A stretch of DNA of 64,000 bases from Hydrurus foetidus (Eukaryota), in NCBI GenBank assembly GCA_900617105.1, contig UYFQ01000852.1:186001-250000 (forward strand). The letters run 5' to 3'. Shown piece after piece: positions 1 to 10,881 of the stretch (position 1 is its first letter; each line of letters opens with the position of its first letter). The notes under the pieces were generated by a model. The model did not search any database, had not been told where the DNA came from, and saw nothing but the letters and a program-made list of their open reading frames with translations. A program made the position numbers and the translations under genes.

Positions 1-73
1 TGGACTCATCTGGCGGGTGCGGGGCGCTGATCTGTTGCGACGGATGGATTCGCGTCAGGCCCGCCGAGGGACT

Positions 74-1418
74 TCAAAGCGAAAGGGACGAAGCGAGTTT
101 GGCTTCGCGGACGATCAGTTCCGACTCAGCGCTTGCCAAAGCCAGGCGCTCGGCGTCGAGGACGCGCGACAGGCTCTCCAGGCCAGCGATGTACCGCGCA
201 CGAAGCAACTGCTCGGCCGTCCGGTTCCGGGACGCTTCGGCTTCCACGAAGAGCAGCCGCATTTCCAGTTCATTCACGGCGGCAGAGTCACGCTCGATCT
301 CGCGGATCGCGGTCAAGACCGTCGTCTGCAGGATCGCTGCACGCTCGTCGGCAACGGCACGGGCCTGGTCCGCAGCAGCCTGGCGACGACCAAAGTCGAG
401 GACCGGGCCCGCCACCGCGCCTGCCACGGAAGATGCTGGATTCTGGCGTGAACAGCGAACCGGTCGTCAATGCGCTGCTTCCAGCGGCGGCGGTCAGTGT
501 AAAGCGCGGCAGGCGGTCGCGAACACGCGCCGCCGTGCGGGCATCCGCGGCGGTCAGCAGGGCGATCTCGCGCCCGATGTCATATCGCCGTGACAGAAGA
601 TCGGCGGGCTTCCAAGCAGGGGCGAGGCCACGTCTGGCAAGGTTGCCGGTGCCTCGACGACCGCGCTGACTTCAACCGCAGTCCGACCGACGACCAGGGC
701 GAGGGCGGCGATGTTGTCGGCGAGTTGGGCCCGTAGATCAGACGCCCTGGCCTGGGACGATGCAGCGAGCGCTTCGGCCTGTATCGCGTCGATCTCCGGG
801 ACAAGTCCTGCGGCCACTCTGGACCGCACCAGCGTTGCAAGTTCAACCTGGGCCACCGCGGACTGACTGACGACCTCGATCCGAAGCTGCAGCGAGCGAA
901 CCGCGAAGTAGAGTCGGCCCGTCTCCGCCATGACACTGATCCGGATGGCCTCGGCGTCGAGGGCCGCTGCCTCGGCATCGAATGCGCCGGCGCGAGCCTC
1001 CTGGTCCAGACGACCAAACAGATCGACCTCCCACCGGGCATCGAACGTGGTGTCAAACAAGGACGTCTCGCGGGGACCGGTGCCCGTCCCGACGTTGCGG
1101 TGGTCCGACGACGTTGGGCCTGTGCCGACCGTCCGATTTCGGGCAGGGTGGCAGCTCGCGAACCGGCCAGGACCGCGCGGGCCTGGCCTAGCCGGGCCGA
1201 CGCCGACCGGATGTCACCGTTGGCAGCCTCTGCCTCGACCAGAAGGTCGGCCAGCACAGGGTCCGAGAACTGGGCCCAGAACGGGCTGGCGCTCGCCGCC
1301 GCCTCAGGTTTGGCAAGATAGACGTCCGGATAGAGCGAAGCGTCCGGGATGGGATGGGGCGTCACCGCGCACCCGCCAACGGCATGACAGCCGCAAGGAC
1401 GATGAGCACCCGGTTCAT
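74..1418 (-). CDS. Efflux outer-membrane factor (NodT/TolC-type lipoprotein), frameshifted
   Basis: Lipoprotein-like start MNRVLIVLAAVMPLAG; motifs FWAQFSDPVLADL, NGDIRSASARL, FDARWEVDLFGRL, RYIAGLESLSRVLDAER across frames. Confidence 0.85.
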
Positions 1419-2427
1419 TCCCTGACCTGCGCGGTACGTGCCTGGACCTGCCGGGCCGGCAGGAAAACATCGACCTGTTGGCCGGCATAGGCCGGAATAC
1501 CGGTGGCTTCGAAGGCATAGAGCACTTGCAGGACACGCGTATCGACGCGTTCTCGACCATTGCCCGACAGATTGGTTTTTCCGACCACCAGCGGTTCGGC
1601 CTGACAAAACGCGCCGTCCATCGACGCTGTCCGTCGCCTCGCAACGAGAAATAAGCGGGGCGCTCAAACAACAATCGCGGAACGTCCGCCTCGTCCACGT
1701 CGACGCGCAGGTTCAGGGTTGTGGTTCGCCCCATCACGACCAGCGCGCTCTGGCTTTCGCCCGCCACTGCGAACTGGCCCGGTCGGACATTGGCCTGAAG
1801 GACGGTGCCCGCCGACGGCGCACGCACGGTTGCCATCTCCAGACCCGTCCGGGCCTCAGCCAACAAGGCCTGCGCCTGCTCCACCGCGGCCCTCGCCCTT
1901 CGCGCTTCGGCCGTCGCCCGTGCGAGCTGAGCATCGGCGGCGTCGGCCGCAAAGCGCCGCTGGGAGATCTCCTCGGCCGAGATCGCGCGAGGGTCGGCAA
2001 CGGCCTCGGCCCTCTTTGCCTGGGCTTCACGGTCGCGTTGCAGGGCGCGCGCTTCCTCCACAGCTGCGTCTGCCACCCGACAGCCTCCTGGCTGCAGCGA
2101 GATCCGCCTGCCGCACGCCCAACCGTGCGCGCAGTTCGCGGGAGTCCACGCTGAACAGGCTGACCCTGGACGACGCTGTCGCCCGGGTGACGAAGACGGC
2201 GCTGACGGGACCGGCGATGGCCGAACCCACCGAGACATTGCGTCCTCGGCCTCGATCACACCGGACGCGCCGATGACGCGCCGCCGGCGGCCATCTGCAC
2301 GGCGGAAACCGCTCGGGCTCCACGGTCCGCTCCACCGGGCGGTTGGAGGTTATCGCGAGGGCGCCGGCCACACCAGCAGGGCCAAGGCAGGCAGGCCGTA
2401 TCGGAGAAGTCGTTCACGAACGGACAT
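1415..2427 (-). CDS. Efflux periplasmic adaptor (HlyD/DevB-like), frameshifted
   Basis: Coiled-coil hairpin then ATVRAPSAGTVLQANVRPGQF, LRVDVDEAD, ERVDTRVLQVLY; stop overlaps the OMF start. Confidence 0.85.
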
Positions 2428-3163
2428 TCAGTCAATCTCCTTGGGGGCTTCGCGCCCATCTGATGTGATGCGCCCGTCCTCGAGCCGGATGATGCGATCG
2501 GCGTAGCGATAGGTTCGGGCGTCATGGGTCACGACGATCACAGCCCGGTCGGGCTGGACGGCGATGGCGCGCAGCAGTTCCATCACCGACTGGCCGGATT
2601 TTGCATCCAGATCGCCGGTCGGCTCGTCGCAGACCACGATCCGGGGTTCATGGACCAGGGCTCGGGCGATCGCGACCCGCTGCTGCTGGCCCCGCTCAAC
2701 TGGTTGGGCCGTTTGTCGGCTGGTCGCGGATGCCCAGTCTGTGGAGCAGGACCAGGGCGTGGGGATTCTGCCGTCCTGCGGGGCACGCCGGCCGCAAGCA
2801 ATGGAACCGAGGCGTTCTCTACGGCCGTGAGGACCGGCAGAAGATTGAACTGCTGGAAGACGAACCCGACGCCCTCCCGACGGAACCTCGCCAGGCGCGC
2901 CACCGGTGACCGGCTGATGTCCTGGTCAAGCGCCCGCACCTTCCCTTCGTCTGCCGTCAGGATGGCGGAGAGGATCGAGATCAAGGTGGTCTTGCCCGAT
3001 CCTGACTCGCCGATCAGGAAGGTCATCTGACCCGCAAAGATGTCGATATCGATATCGTGGAGGACGTTCACCCGGCACTGCCCTGACCGAACGCCTTGAC
3101 GATGCCGCGTCCCGAGATGATCGGCGCGCCCAGCGCATCCGCCTGGGTTTGAGGGATCAGCAT
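2428..3163 (-). CDS. ABC transporter ATP-binding protein (LolD/DevA-like)
   Basis: Walker A GESGSGKTT, GFVFQQFNLLPVLTAVEN, Walker B VCDEPTGDLD, H-loop VTHD. Confidence 0.9.
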
Positions 3164-3165
3164 GG

Positions 3166-4301
3166 TCACCCCGGAACACGACTGCGGGATCGATCACCAG
3201 GACCCGGCGCATCGCCACCAGCGCGGCGGTCGTGATGATGAACACCACCACCAGCGCCGCCAGCGCGGCCACTTCCCACGGCAGAAAGAAGCCCTGAACG
3301 ACGGGATGTTCGCGGCGGCGAACAGGAAGAACCATCCCGCGACGCCCAGTCCGATGGCATAGCCCAGCACGCCGACCAGAGCCGCCTGGGTGAGCACCAT
3401 CGCCACCAGTTGTGGATTGGAGACGCCGATGGCCTTGAGCGCGCCGAACTGCTTCAGGTTCTCGGCGACGAAGATCGTGAACGTCAGGCCGACGATCGCG
3501 ATGCCGACGATGACCGCAAGGACGTTGGTGCTGCCGATCGATATGGGGATACCCGTGTTCTGGATGACGTCGTCCCGGTTCGCCTTCACGAAATCGGCGC
3601 GTGACAGTGCCTTCAGGCCCGTCGAACGACTGATCTCCTCGGCGACGTTCGGCACCGAATAGCCCGGCGCTTCGCGGGCGAGGATGAAGCTCAGCTGAGA
3701 TCGGCCCGTGTTCACGAAGCCCAGCGCGGTCGAGTATCTCGAGTACAGGGCAATCCTGCCCGAGAAGCTGGGGCTTGTCTTTGAAATTCCTCGAATGACC
3801 GCTCGTCGATCGTTGATCTGCACCTCCGCGCCAAGACGTCTCGGCTCACCCGGAAACAGTCGTCCATAACCATCCGCATCGATGATGACGGCATCGGGTT
3901 CTGCAGGTTGTCGACACTGCCGAGCAGCATGGCCTTGGGGCCTCCGATCAGTGTGGCGTCATCCAGCCCGCTGATGTTCGCGCCGAACTGCCGGCCGTCG
4001 CTCATGCGGATCGCGGCTCCCGCGAAGCAGGGCACGGCCCAGGCGACGTTCTTCACGCCCTGACGCGGGCCAGCATGGTGTCGCGAACCGGGCGATTGTT
4101 GGCGATTGTGATGACAGATGGGTCCATCACCCAGAGCGTCGCTTCCTCCGCCACCCGGACTTCGGCACCGGTCGAGCTCAAGATCCCGACGAAGATCGAC
4201 GTCTGCTGAGCGATGAGCAGCGTGGCAAAGGCCACGCCAAAGACCAGCCCAAGGTATTTGACCGGATCGCCGATCAGCATCTTCAGCGCGATGCGCAGCA
4301 T
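3166..4301 (-). CDS. ABC transporter permease (FtsX/DevC-like)
   Basis: MLRIALKMLIGDPVKYLGLVFGVAFATLLIAQQ; ENLKQFGALKAIG; C-terminal IDPAVVFRG. Confidence 0.88.
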
Positions 4302-4633
4302 CTTGTTTCACCCTTGAGACGGAGATTGCGTTCCGACGATTTCGGAACGCGGCGAGCGGAAGAGCGGAGGGCTCGCGACAGCCGGGACACTTGTCCTGCG
4401 GCTTCCGAAGACCGTCTCGCCGATATCGAAAAACAGGCGTCTGGTTCGAATCGGCGAGGATTCCTGTTCTCGGCGAGTGCCTGAACCTGCGCTGGGCGCT
4501 CCGAGCCTGGCCAGCGGCACAGGCCGCATCCTCAGCGTGATGCGCAGCATATCCTGCGTTGGACGACATCATGGTTCTGACAGATCCTTTGGGTCCCGGC
4601 GCGCTGCTGTCTCAACGACCCGCTGTTCAATTT

Positions 4634-4653
4634 ATTGGTACGTTCATACCAAT
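4634..4653. promoter_or_regulatory. Palindromic operator, probably of the adjacent TetR
   Basis: ATTGGTA-N6-TACCAAT in an AT-rich patch between the divergent pump operon and TetR gene. Confidence 0.7.
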
Positions 4654-4720
4654 TACGGTTAAGCTTGCAAGCGTCGATCGACAGGTCGATCAGAAGAAAG
4701 ATCGGTGGAGCAGCATTCTC

Positions 4721-5351
4721 GTGGGACGCCCGAGCGGTACGCGCAGCAAGAGCCATGACGCCCGGCGGCGGGAGATCATTGCCCGCCTGGCCGAGCGCTG
4801 GCCCTTCCCGCGCCATGCACGCCTCGTATCGCGAGCTGGTTTCAGCCAGCGGGGAGTCAATTCGACGCTGCAGCATTACTTCGGCTGGAGAACATCCTGA
4901 TCGCGGTGCTGGAAGAAAGTCACCGACAGGCCGAGCCCTACCTTGATCACGCTCGCACGCCTCTTCCCGATTTCGAGGCCTCGGTTCGTAACGTCGTCGA
5001 CTATGTGCGGCTGGGCTTCGAGCAATACGGCTCGGCGACATCTACGCCCTGGGCTTCGTCGAAGGCATTCGAAACGAGGCCATAGGGCCCACGATGGTGC
5101 GCCAGTTGCTCGAGCCGACATTGACGCGGTCGCCCAGCGCCTGGAAACGCATCAATCGCTCGGACAGATGCGCGATGGAATCCACCGTCACGCCGCGATC
5201 CTGTTGCTGAGCCCCATGATCGTCATCATGCTTCACCAGCATGAACTCGGCGGACAGCAGACTCACCCTGCCGACATGGACCGCTTCATCGATGACCATG
5301 TGGCATCATTCGTCAGGGCGCATGCTTCGGCGGTGACCGAGTCCCAAGTGA
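4721..5351 (+). CDS. TetR/AcrR family transcriptional regulator, frameshifted
   Basis: GRPSGTRSKSHDARRREIIARL; HTH-like SYRELVSASG / STLQHYFG; divergent from the efflux operon. Confidence 0.75.
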
Positions 5352-5594
5352 CGATCGCCAGCGCGAGCCTTTGCAGCCCAATCCGGATCTGGGGCGCATG
5401 TCGCCCGCCGCTCGGTCCAACCGCCTGAGCTGTGATTTTGCAGAGACGATCTGGGTGTCAGGCCCGCGATCGGGCGTGGCTTGTCAGCCGGTCTGGACTT
5501 GCGGCTGCACCATCCAGATCGCGCACCGCGGCAATGGGTCCTCGTCAGGGTATTCGGTGCAGGGCATCCCGCCGCCCTGACAATGAGAACCCGG

Positions 5595-5630
5595 TTGACA
5601 GAAACATAAGAATCTTTACGTTAAATGTAA
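5595..5630 (+). promoter_or_regulatory. Sigma70-like promoter with overlapping imperfect palindrome
   Basis: TTGACA (5595) and TTACGTTAAATGTAA (5616-5630) upstream of the DUF2975-HTH pair. Confidence 0.5.
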
Positions 5631-5668
5631 TTTTTCTTGCCTTGTTGCAACATGAAGCGGGAAGGGCT

Positions 5669-6166
5669 CATGGCCGAAACAACGATCGAAGCCAAAGTCG
5701 CAATCTCGCACGCCTTCTGGGTGGGCGTATTGGGTGACGGCATTCTGGCTGTTCGCGGCAATGTCCTATATTGCCCCTGAAGCGACTGGGCCGCCTGCTA
5801 AGCGTCGAGCCCGACGCCTTGCTTTGGCGCTCGCGTTTGGCGATGTCGTCGTCGATGCCCTGCCGGTGATTTTCGCTCTTTGCGCCGTCTATGCGTTGCA
5901 AGTTGTTCGTCCAGTTTGCGGCCGGTGAGATCTTCATCGCCTCGAACGGCAGGAGCCTGTCGAGCCGGAGATTGGCTCATCGCCAGTGCCGCGGCCGCAC
6001 TGATCATGTCGCCCGGTCGGGCGCTCGGACGTGTGTCGCTGTCGAGACCGTCGGCCTCAACCTACAGTGCCATCGTGCTCGCCCTGGTCGGTCTCGCTAT
6101 CCGTCTTTTGGACGGACGTTCCGAACTGCCGCCGACATCAAGGCGGACAACGACCAGATGGTCTGA
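5669..6166 (+). CDS. DUF2975-type membrane protein
   Basis: Hydrophobic segments, LFVQFAAGEIF...N.R.L, C-terminal AADIKADNDQMV; precedes a Cro/CI HTH gene as is typical for the family. Confidence 0.65.
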
Positions 6167-6339
6167 CCATGCCGATCATGGTCACATTTATCGCTATCGG
6201 TGTCATCGTGCAGAGTGCCACCCAAGGTGCGCGATCCAGACTCCGCGACGTCGACTGCATCTGCCTCGGTATCCGGCTGTTGGGAGAACATTCGAAGTCT
6301 CCGCCCTGTCGAGCCGGAAGCGATCGGAAGGGCCCATCC

Positions 6340-6584
6340 ATGCCGATCGTAGTCACGCTGGATGTCATGCTTGCCCGCCGCAAGATGAAAGCCCGCGATC
6401 TCGCCAGAAATCGGCATCAGCGAGACGAACCTGTCGCTCTTGCGCTCGGGCAAGGTCAAGGGTGTGCGGTTCGAAACCCTGGAGAAACTCTGCCTCGCAC
6501 TCGACTGTCGGCCGGGCGATCTCATTGATGTCGAGCCCGCCTCGAGATCCGAGCCAGCCGCCATCCGACGATCCTCAACGCTGA
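6340..6584 (+). CDS. Cro/CI-type HTH regulator (YozG-like)
   Basis: MPIVVTLDVMLARRKMKARDLA ... LRSGKVKGVRFETLEKLCLALDCRPGDL. Confidence 0.85.
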
Positions 6585-6679
6585 AATGTTTAGAACCCGC
6601 GCTAACCGGCAGGACGCTCTACGCCTTCCGGGCGCATCGCTGCTGCCGCCTGTACGGTCGCCGTCGGCCTAGATCAGGG

Positions 6680-7856
6680 CTTCAGGTTTCGCCCGACGAC
6701 CCGGTCAGGTCCTTGGGCGGTGACTTGAACCTCAGGTCACGATCGCCCGCCGCCATCCGTTGGGAAACGCCGACGGTGCCGCCATGCGCCTTCATGATCG
6801 CAGCAACCACGGCAAGGCCCAGCCCGGTGCCTCCGGGTCCCTCGATCGCGACACGTCGGCGCGCCAGAACGGCTGAAAGACAATCGCGTCGGTGTGTTCG
6901 GCAAACCCCGGTCCTCGATCAGAACGCGAAGCACAGCGTCCTGATCGTTCTGGTCGGTCTCGACGCGGACCACACCGCCTTCCCCGCATGACGCCGGCGT
7001 TCTCAGAAGGGCCAGCAGGACCTGGCGGACCCGCGCAGGATCCGCGAGCGCCAGAGCGGGACGGAGGTCGAGTTCAACCTGGAGACCAGCCTCGGACAAC
7101 GTGGCCCGAAGGATCGGACATCCTCGTCTACCTCATCCGCAAGATCGATGACGCCCAACCGAAGGACCAGGGCCCCGGCCTGCGCAGTGCTGATCGTCCG
7201 GAGATCGTCGACGATCCGCGAGGCTGTCGACGTGCCCGATGAGCCGGAGATTTCCCTGTCGTCGGGGACGAAACCCCATCCTTGACTCCAGCCGTCCTCG
7301 AAGGATGGTCGGGGCGTGCAGTTCATGCGCGATCGCCGCCGAGCTTTCCTTCAGTTGCCGGTCGGTGGCTTCCAGGGCCTCAGCCATCACGTTGAAGTCC
7401 TTGATCAGCTGCGCGGTCTCCCCGCACCCTGCATGCGGGGCTGTGCCCGGGCGGACAGATCCCCGGCGGCCACCGCGCGCGCCGTCGCGGCTAAGGCCTC
7501 AAGCGGCAGGTCAGGCGTCCGGCGAGGGCTACGCCGGCCGATCCCGACCGTTGACGCGATCAATGTCAGGACAGCGAGCGCGATGTTCTGTTCGTGCTCA
7601 ACCACGGATTGATGGGCTCGGCTTCAGCTCAAGACTGCAAGATCCGACGATGTCGGCGCGCGTCTGTTTCGATCGCCTTCAAGGCGCGTCTGGCCGGCGC
7701 ACTGAGTTGCGCGATCTGGCGCGCGGTGGTCCATTCACCCCAGGCCGTGAGACCGACATAGCCAAAGGCGACCGCCAGCATGATGGCCACCACCATGGAC
7801 AGCGCCATCTGCGTCCGCAGCCGGATGGGTGTGATGACCTTCATCGACAGGCTCAT
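6680..7856 (-). CDS. Sensor histidine kinase (AdeS/BaeS-like)
   Basis: N-terminal TM, HAMP (ARAVAAGDLSARA), H-box SAAIAHEL, N-box DPARVRQVLLALL, F-box VFQPFWRADVSRSR; 3' end approximate. Confidence 0.85.
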
Positions 7857-8538
7857 ATCCGTGCAAGCCGGTAGCCGACGCCCCTGACCCCGTCGAGGTA
7901 GCCCGGTTCGCCTGCAAGCTCGAGCTTGCGACGCAGTTTGCTGATGTGGCTGTCGACGGTTCGCTCAACGGCATCGCCCTCGGAGGGCAGACAGGCGTCG
8001 AGGATGTCCTGGCGCGAAGACCCGATGCGGCTGGCGCGCCATATGGGCCAGGATGCGGAACTCTGTGAGGGTGACCTGCAGCACGGTGGCTTGGCCGTCG
8101 CATCCAGGCGGCGAACCGAATGCGACTCTGATCGATTTCGAGCACCGACGGTGAGACGTCCGTCGGCGACGTCACGGCCTGCCGTCCGGCGCAGGACCGC
8201 TTGCACCCGCGCGACCACTTCAAGCGGATTGAAGGTTTCACCACATAGTCGTCGGCACCGACCGAAGCGCCATCAGTTTCTCAAGGTCCTCGCCCAGCGC
8301 GCTAACATGATGACCAGGACGCTGGATTCCGCCCTGATGGCCGCGAGCACGGAATGTCCGTCGCGTTTGGGAAGCTTGACATCGAGCAGGACCAGATCCG
8401 GCTTCCAGCATCGGTGATGGAGAAGCCCATATGGCCGTCGGCCGCCGGACCGTCCTGAAGCCGGCGCGCGTGAGATGAGCGTCGGATCTCGGCGATCTCA
8501 GGCTCGTCCTCGACGATCAGGATCAGGGCGTTGTCCAT
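7853..8538 (-). CDS. OmpR-family response regulator (AdeR/BaeR-like)
   Basis: MDNALILIVEDEPEIAEI; VARVQAVLRR; ERTVDSHISKLRRKLE...VRGVGYRL. Confidence 0.88.
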
Positions 8539-8652
8539 CCGTTGGGTCTCGTTTCCGCTGGGCGTGAAGCTTCGCCCTCGAGGAGGGCAGATGCAAACAG
8601 AGCTGTGGAGGTTGGGTGGAGGCCCCGTGACCGTGGAGCGCCCTCCCCGGAC

Positions 8653-9231
8653 TCAGAATCGGGTGACGACGGAAACGGTGAAGTCGTCGCGACGTGTCGT
8701 CCTCGGCGTTGGTGCGCGTATACTCCCCCCGCGCGGCCCATCCCTCGGCGACGGCGAACTCGATCCCCGCCCATACATCAGGCCGTCGGAGGTTTCCGTA
8801 CGACGCACGGCGATCGAGCCGACCAGGGTCACGGTCTGGCGCAGACTGGTCCGCCCACGCACGCGGCCGTAGATCAGGGTGCTGTCGGCGGGAACAAACC
8901 CGGCGCGGGCGGGTAATCCCAGGAAAAGCCGGCCTTCTCGGCGACGTTCGGGACACCGACGCGTTCGGAAACGGAGGGCCCGCCAAAACGGGCACCGATC
9001 TCGCCCGACGAGGTGTCGAACTGCGTCATATCCGCCGGCGACGCGGTAGCCAGCTGCCAGTCCGATTGCTCGATGCGGCCCGCGCCGGCATACAGGGGCT
9101 GGTCCACCGGCAGGTCAGTGTAGCTGACGCCCGCCATTACGCTCGGGCCGGAAAATGCGCCATCCTGGGCATGGGCGACGGCGGCCGGGGCCGAAGCGCG
9201 GCGGCGGCGAGCATCAAAATTCTGGTTTCAT
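8653..9231 (-). CDS. Outer-membrane beta-barrel (porin family) protein
   Basis: Signal peptide ending AHAQ; GLMYG/AGIEFAVAEGWAARGEYTR; C-terminal Phe (VVTRF*). Confidence 0.7.
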
Positions 9232-9429
9232 CTTGATCTCCTTGATCACCGGACCATTCCGGCTTCGGAGGTCTGTTTCGACGGGCGATGTGGACGACGC
9301 ATGGAGGGGTGGGCACGGTTGCTGCACAGATCTGGGCGGGGACACAGGCGAACAGCCAGCTGCCGATGGCTCAAGGCTGCTGACCTTGCCAATGCGCTGA
9401 AGGATGTCCCAATGGCGCTTGCCTGGAGG

Positions 9430-10437
9430 GATGGATGGAGACTGCGGACGCGCGGAACTGGCGCTCAGGATGCTGGCGGTCGGCGCGCTCTTGTCTGGGC
9501 GATCAGCTGCCTGTCGATCTTCCCCGCCGGGTGCAGAGCCGTCGTTCTGGTATTCTGCCTCAGCGCGGTGGGTTTCGCCTTCAATGAGCATGGTGCCGCG
9601 CGCCCTCATCGGCCTTGAACGGACCGCTCTGGTTGCTGTCCGTCGCTGCGGTCGGTTGGTTCTGGCTGTTCGTCGCCGTCCTGTTCGAGGACCGGCCCGT
9701 CGATGTGCGCTCGCTCCTGCCCGCGGCATCCTCACGGCGACGGGGCTCCTGGGGTGGTTCGGGCGGAGGCCAGCGCAGTGATGGTCTGGATCATCCACCA
9801 TGTCCTGGAGATCATCATCAGCGGCCATGCCGGCTGGCTTCTGGTTCGGTCCTGGCGAGACGATCTTGTCGATACGCGCCGGCAACTCCGCGCCGCCGTG
9901 ATCGCAGCCATGAGTCCCTGTTCGTGGTCGGGCTCTCCTGGTCCAGGTCCGGATGATGCTCGACCGGCGCGCCGGTTCACCGATGTGGCGACCCTGTTTG
10001 CAACGATCGCCGCCTTGGGGCGGCGGCATTTCTTCGCCCCGCGATCGACTTTTCCGAACCGGGCGGCCCGTCCGTCGCGCTTTGGAGGCGGGATCGAATG
10101 TGGATGCGGCCGTGCTCGCGCGGCTGCGCACTCATGGATACCGAGAAATCTGGCCGGGAAGGTTGACGATCGGTGGCCTCGCCCTGGCGGTCGGGGTCGC
10201 CGAGCATCGTCTGAGGGCGCTGATCAGCTCAGTCTCGGCTATCGAAACTTCGCCGCATTTCTGACGACCGCCGGATCACGAGCCACGATCCTGCTGTCCG
10301 ACGGCGAACGCCAGACAGACGGTCTACAGCCCTGGCCTGACCTCGGTTCTACGGATCGCTGGGGCCCTTCAACCGGGCGTTCCGGGAGGCCAAGGGCACC
10401 ACGCCCGGAATGGCGACGACAGGCTCCGCGAAAATAA
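9430..10437 (+). CDS. AraC family regulator with N-terminal membrane domain
   Basis: Several TM segments, SWRDDLVDTRRQLR, then LTIGGLALAVGVAEHRLRALI / LGYRNFAAFL / GPFNRA AraC HTH motifs. Confidence 0.75.
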
Positions 10438-10560
10438 AATCCTCGCCGATTTCGAACCCGACCGGCGTTTTCGACATCGGCGAGACAGCATCTGGAGCTC
10501 CGGACACGATCAGGAACCATCAGCCATCCCGGCTGAGACAGACCCATCGGAGGTTCCACC

Positions 10561-10881
10561 ATGCTGGCATCGATCACAGTCGTCGGGGCCTTGCCCTCAT
10601 CCCGGCTCGCCCGCGTCCCTCGCGGGGTCTGGACCGAACAGGGCGGCACCACCCGCGTCCAGAATCTCGCCCGGGCCTCCCGCCACCTGCGTGACGGACC
10701 TCGAACGGCAGGACGGCCGTGACGGGCTTGCAAGCAAGCGGGAATGGTCGCTGGCGGGGCCGCTATGTCGCCGACGGCATGAACCTGAGCGCGAACGCGC
10801 TTGTCCGAACCGGATGTGGCGTCGATGACTGCGTGCCGCCTGGTGCTCTGCCAGACGGTCACCTACAGGAGAGCCCGCTGA
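10561..10881 (+). CDS. Small secreted DUF2147-like protein (copy 1)
   Basis: Signal peptide, RGVWTEQGGTTRVQ, GRWRGRY, C-terminal ACRLVLCQTVTYRR. Confidence 0.55.
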
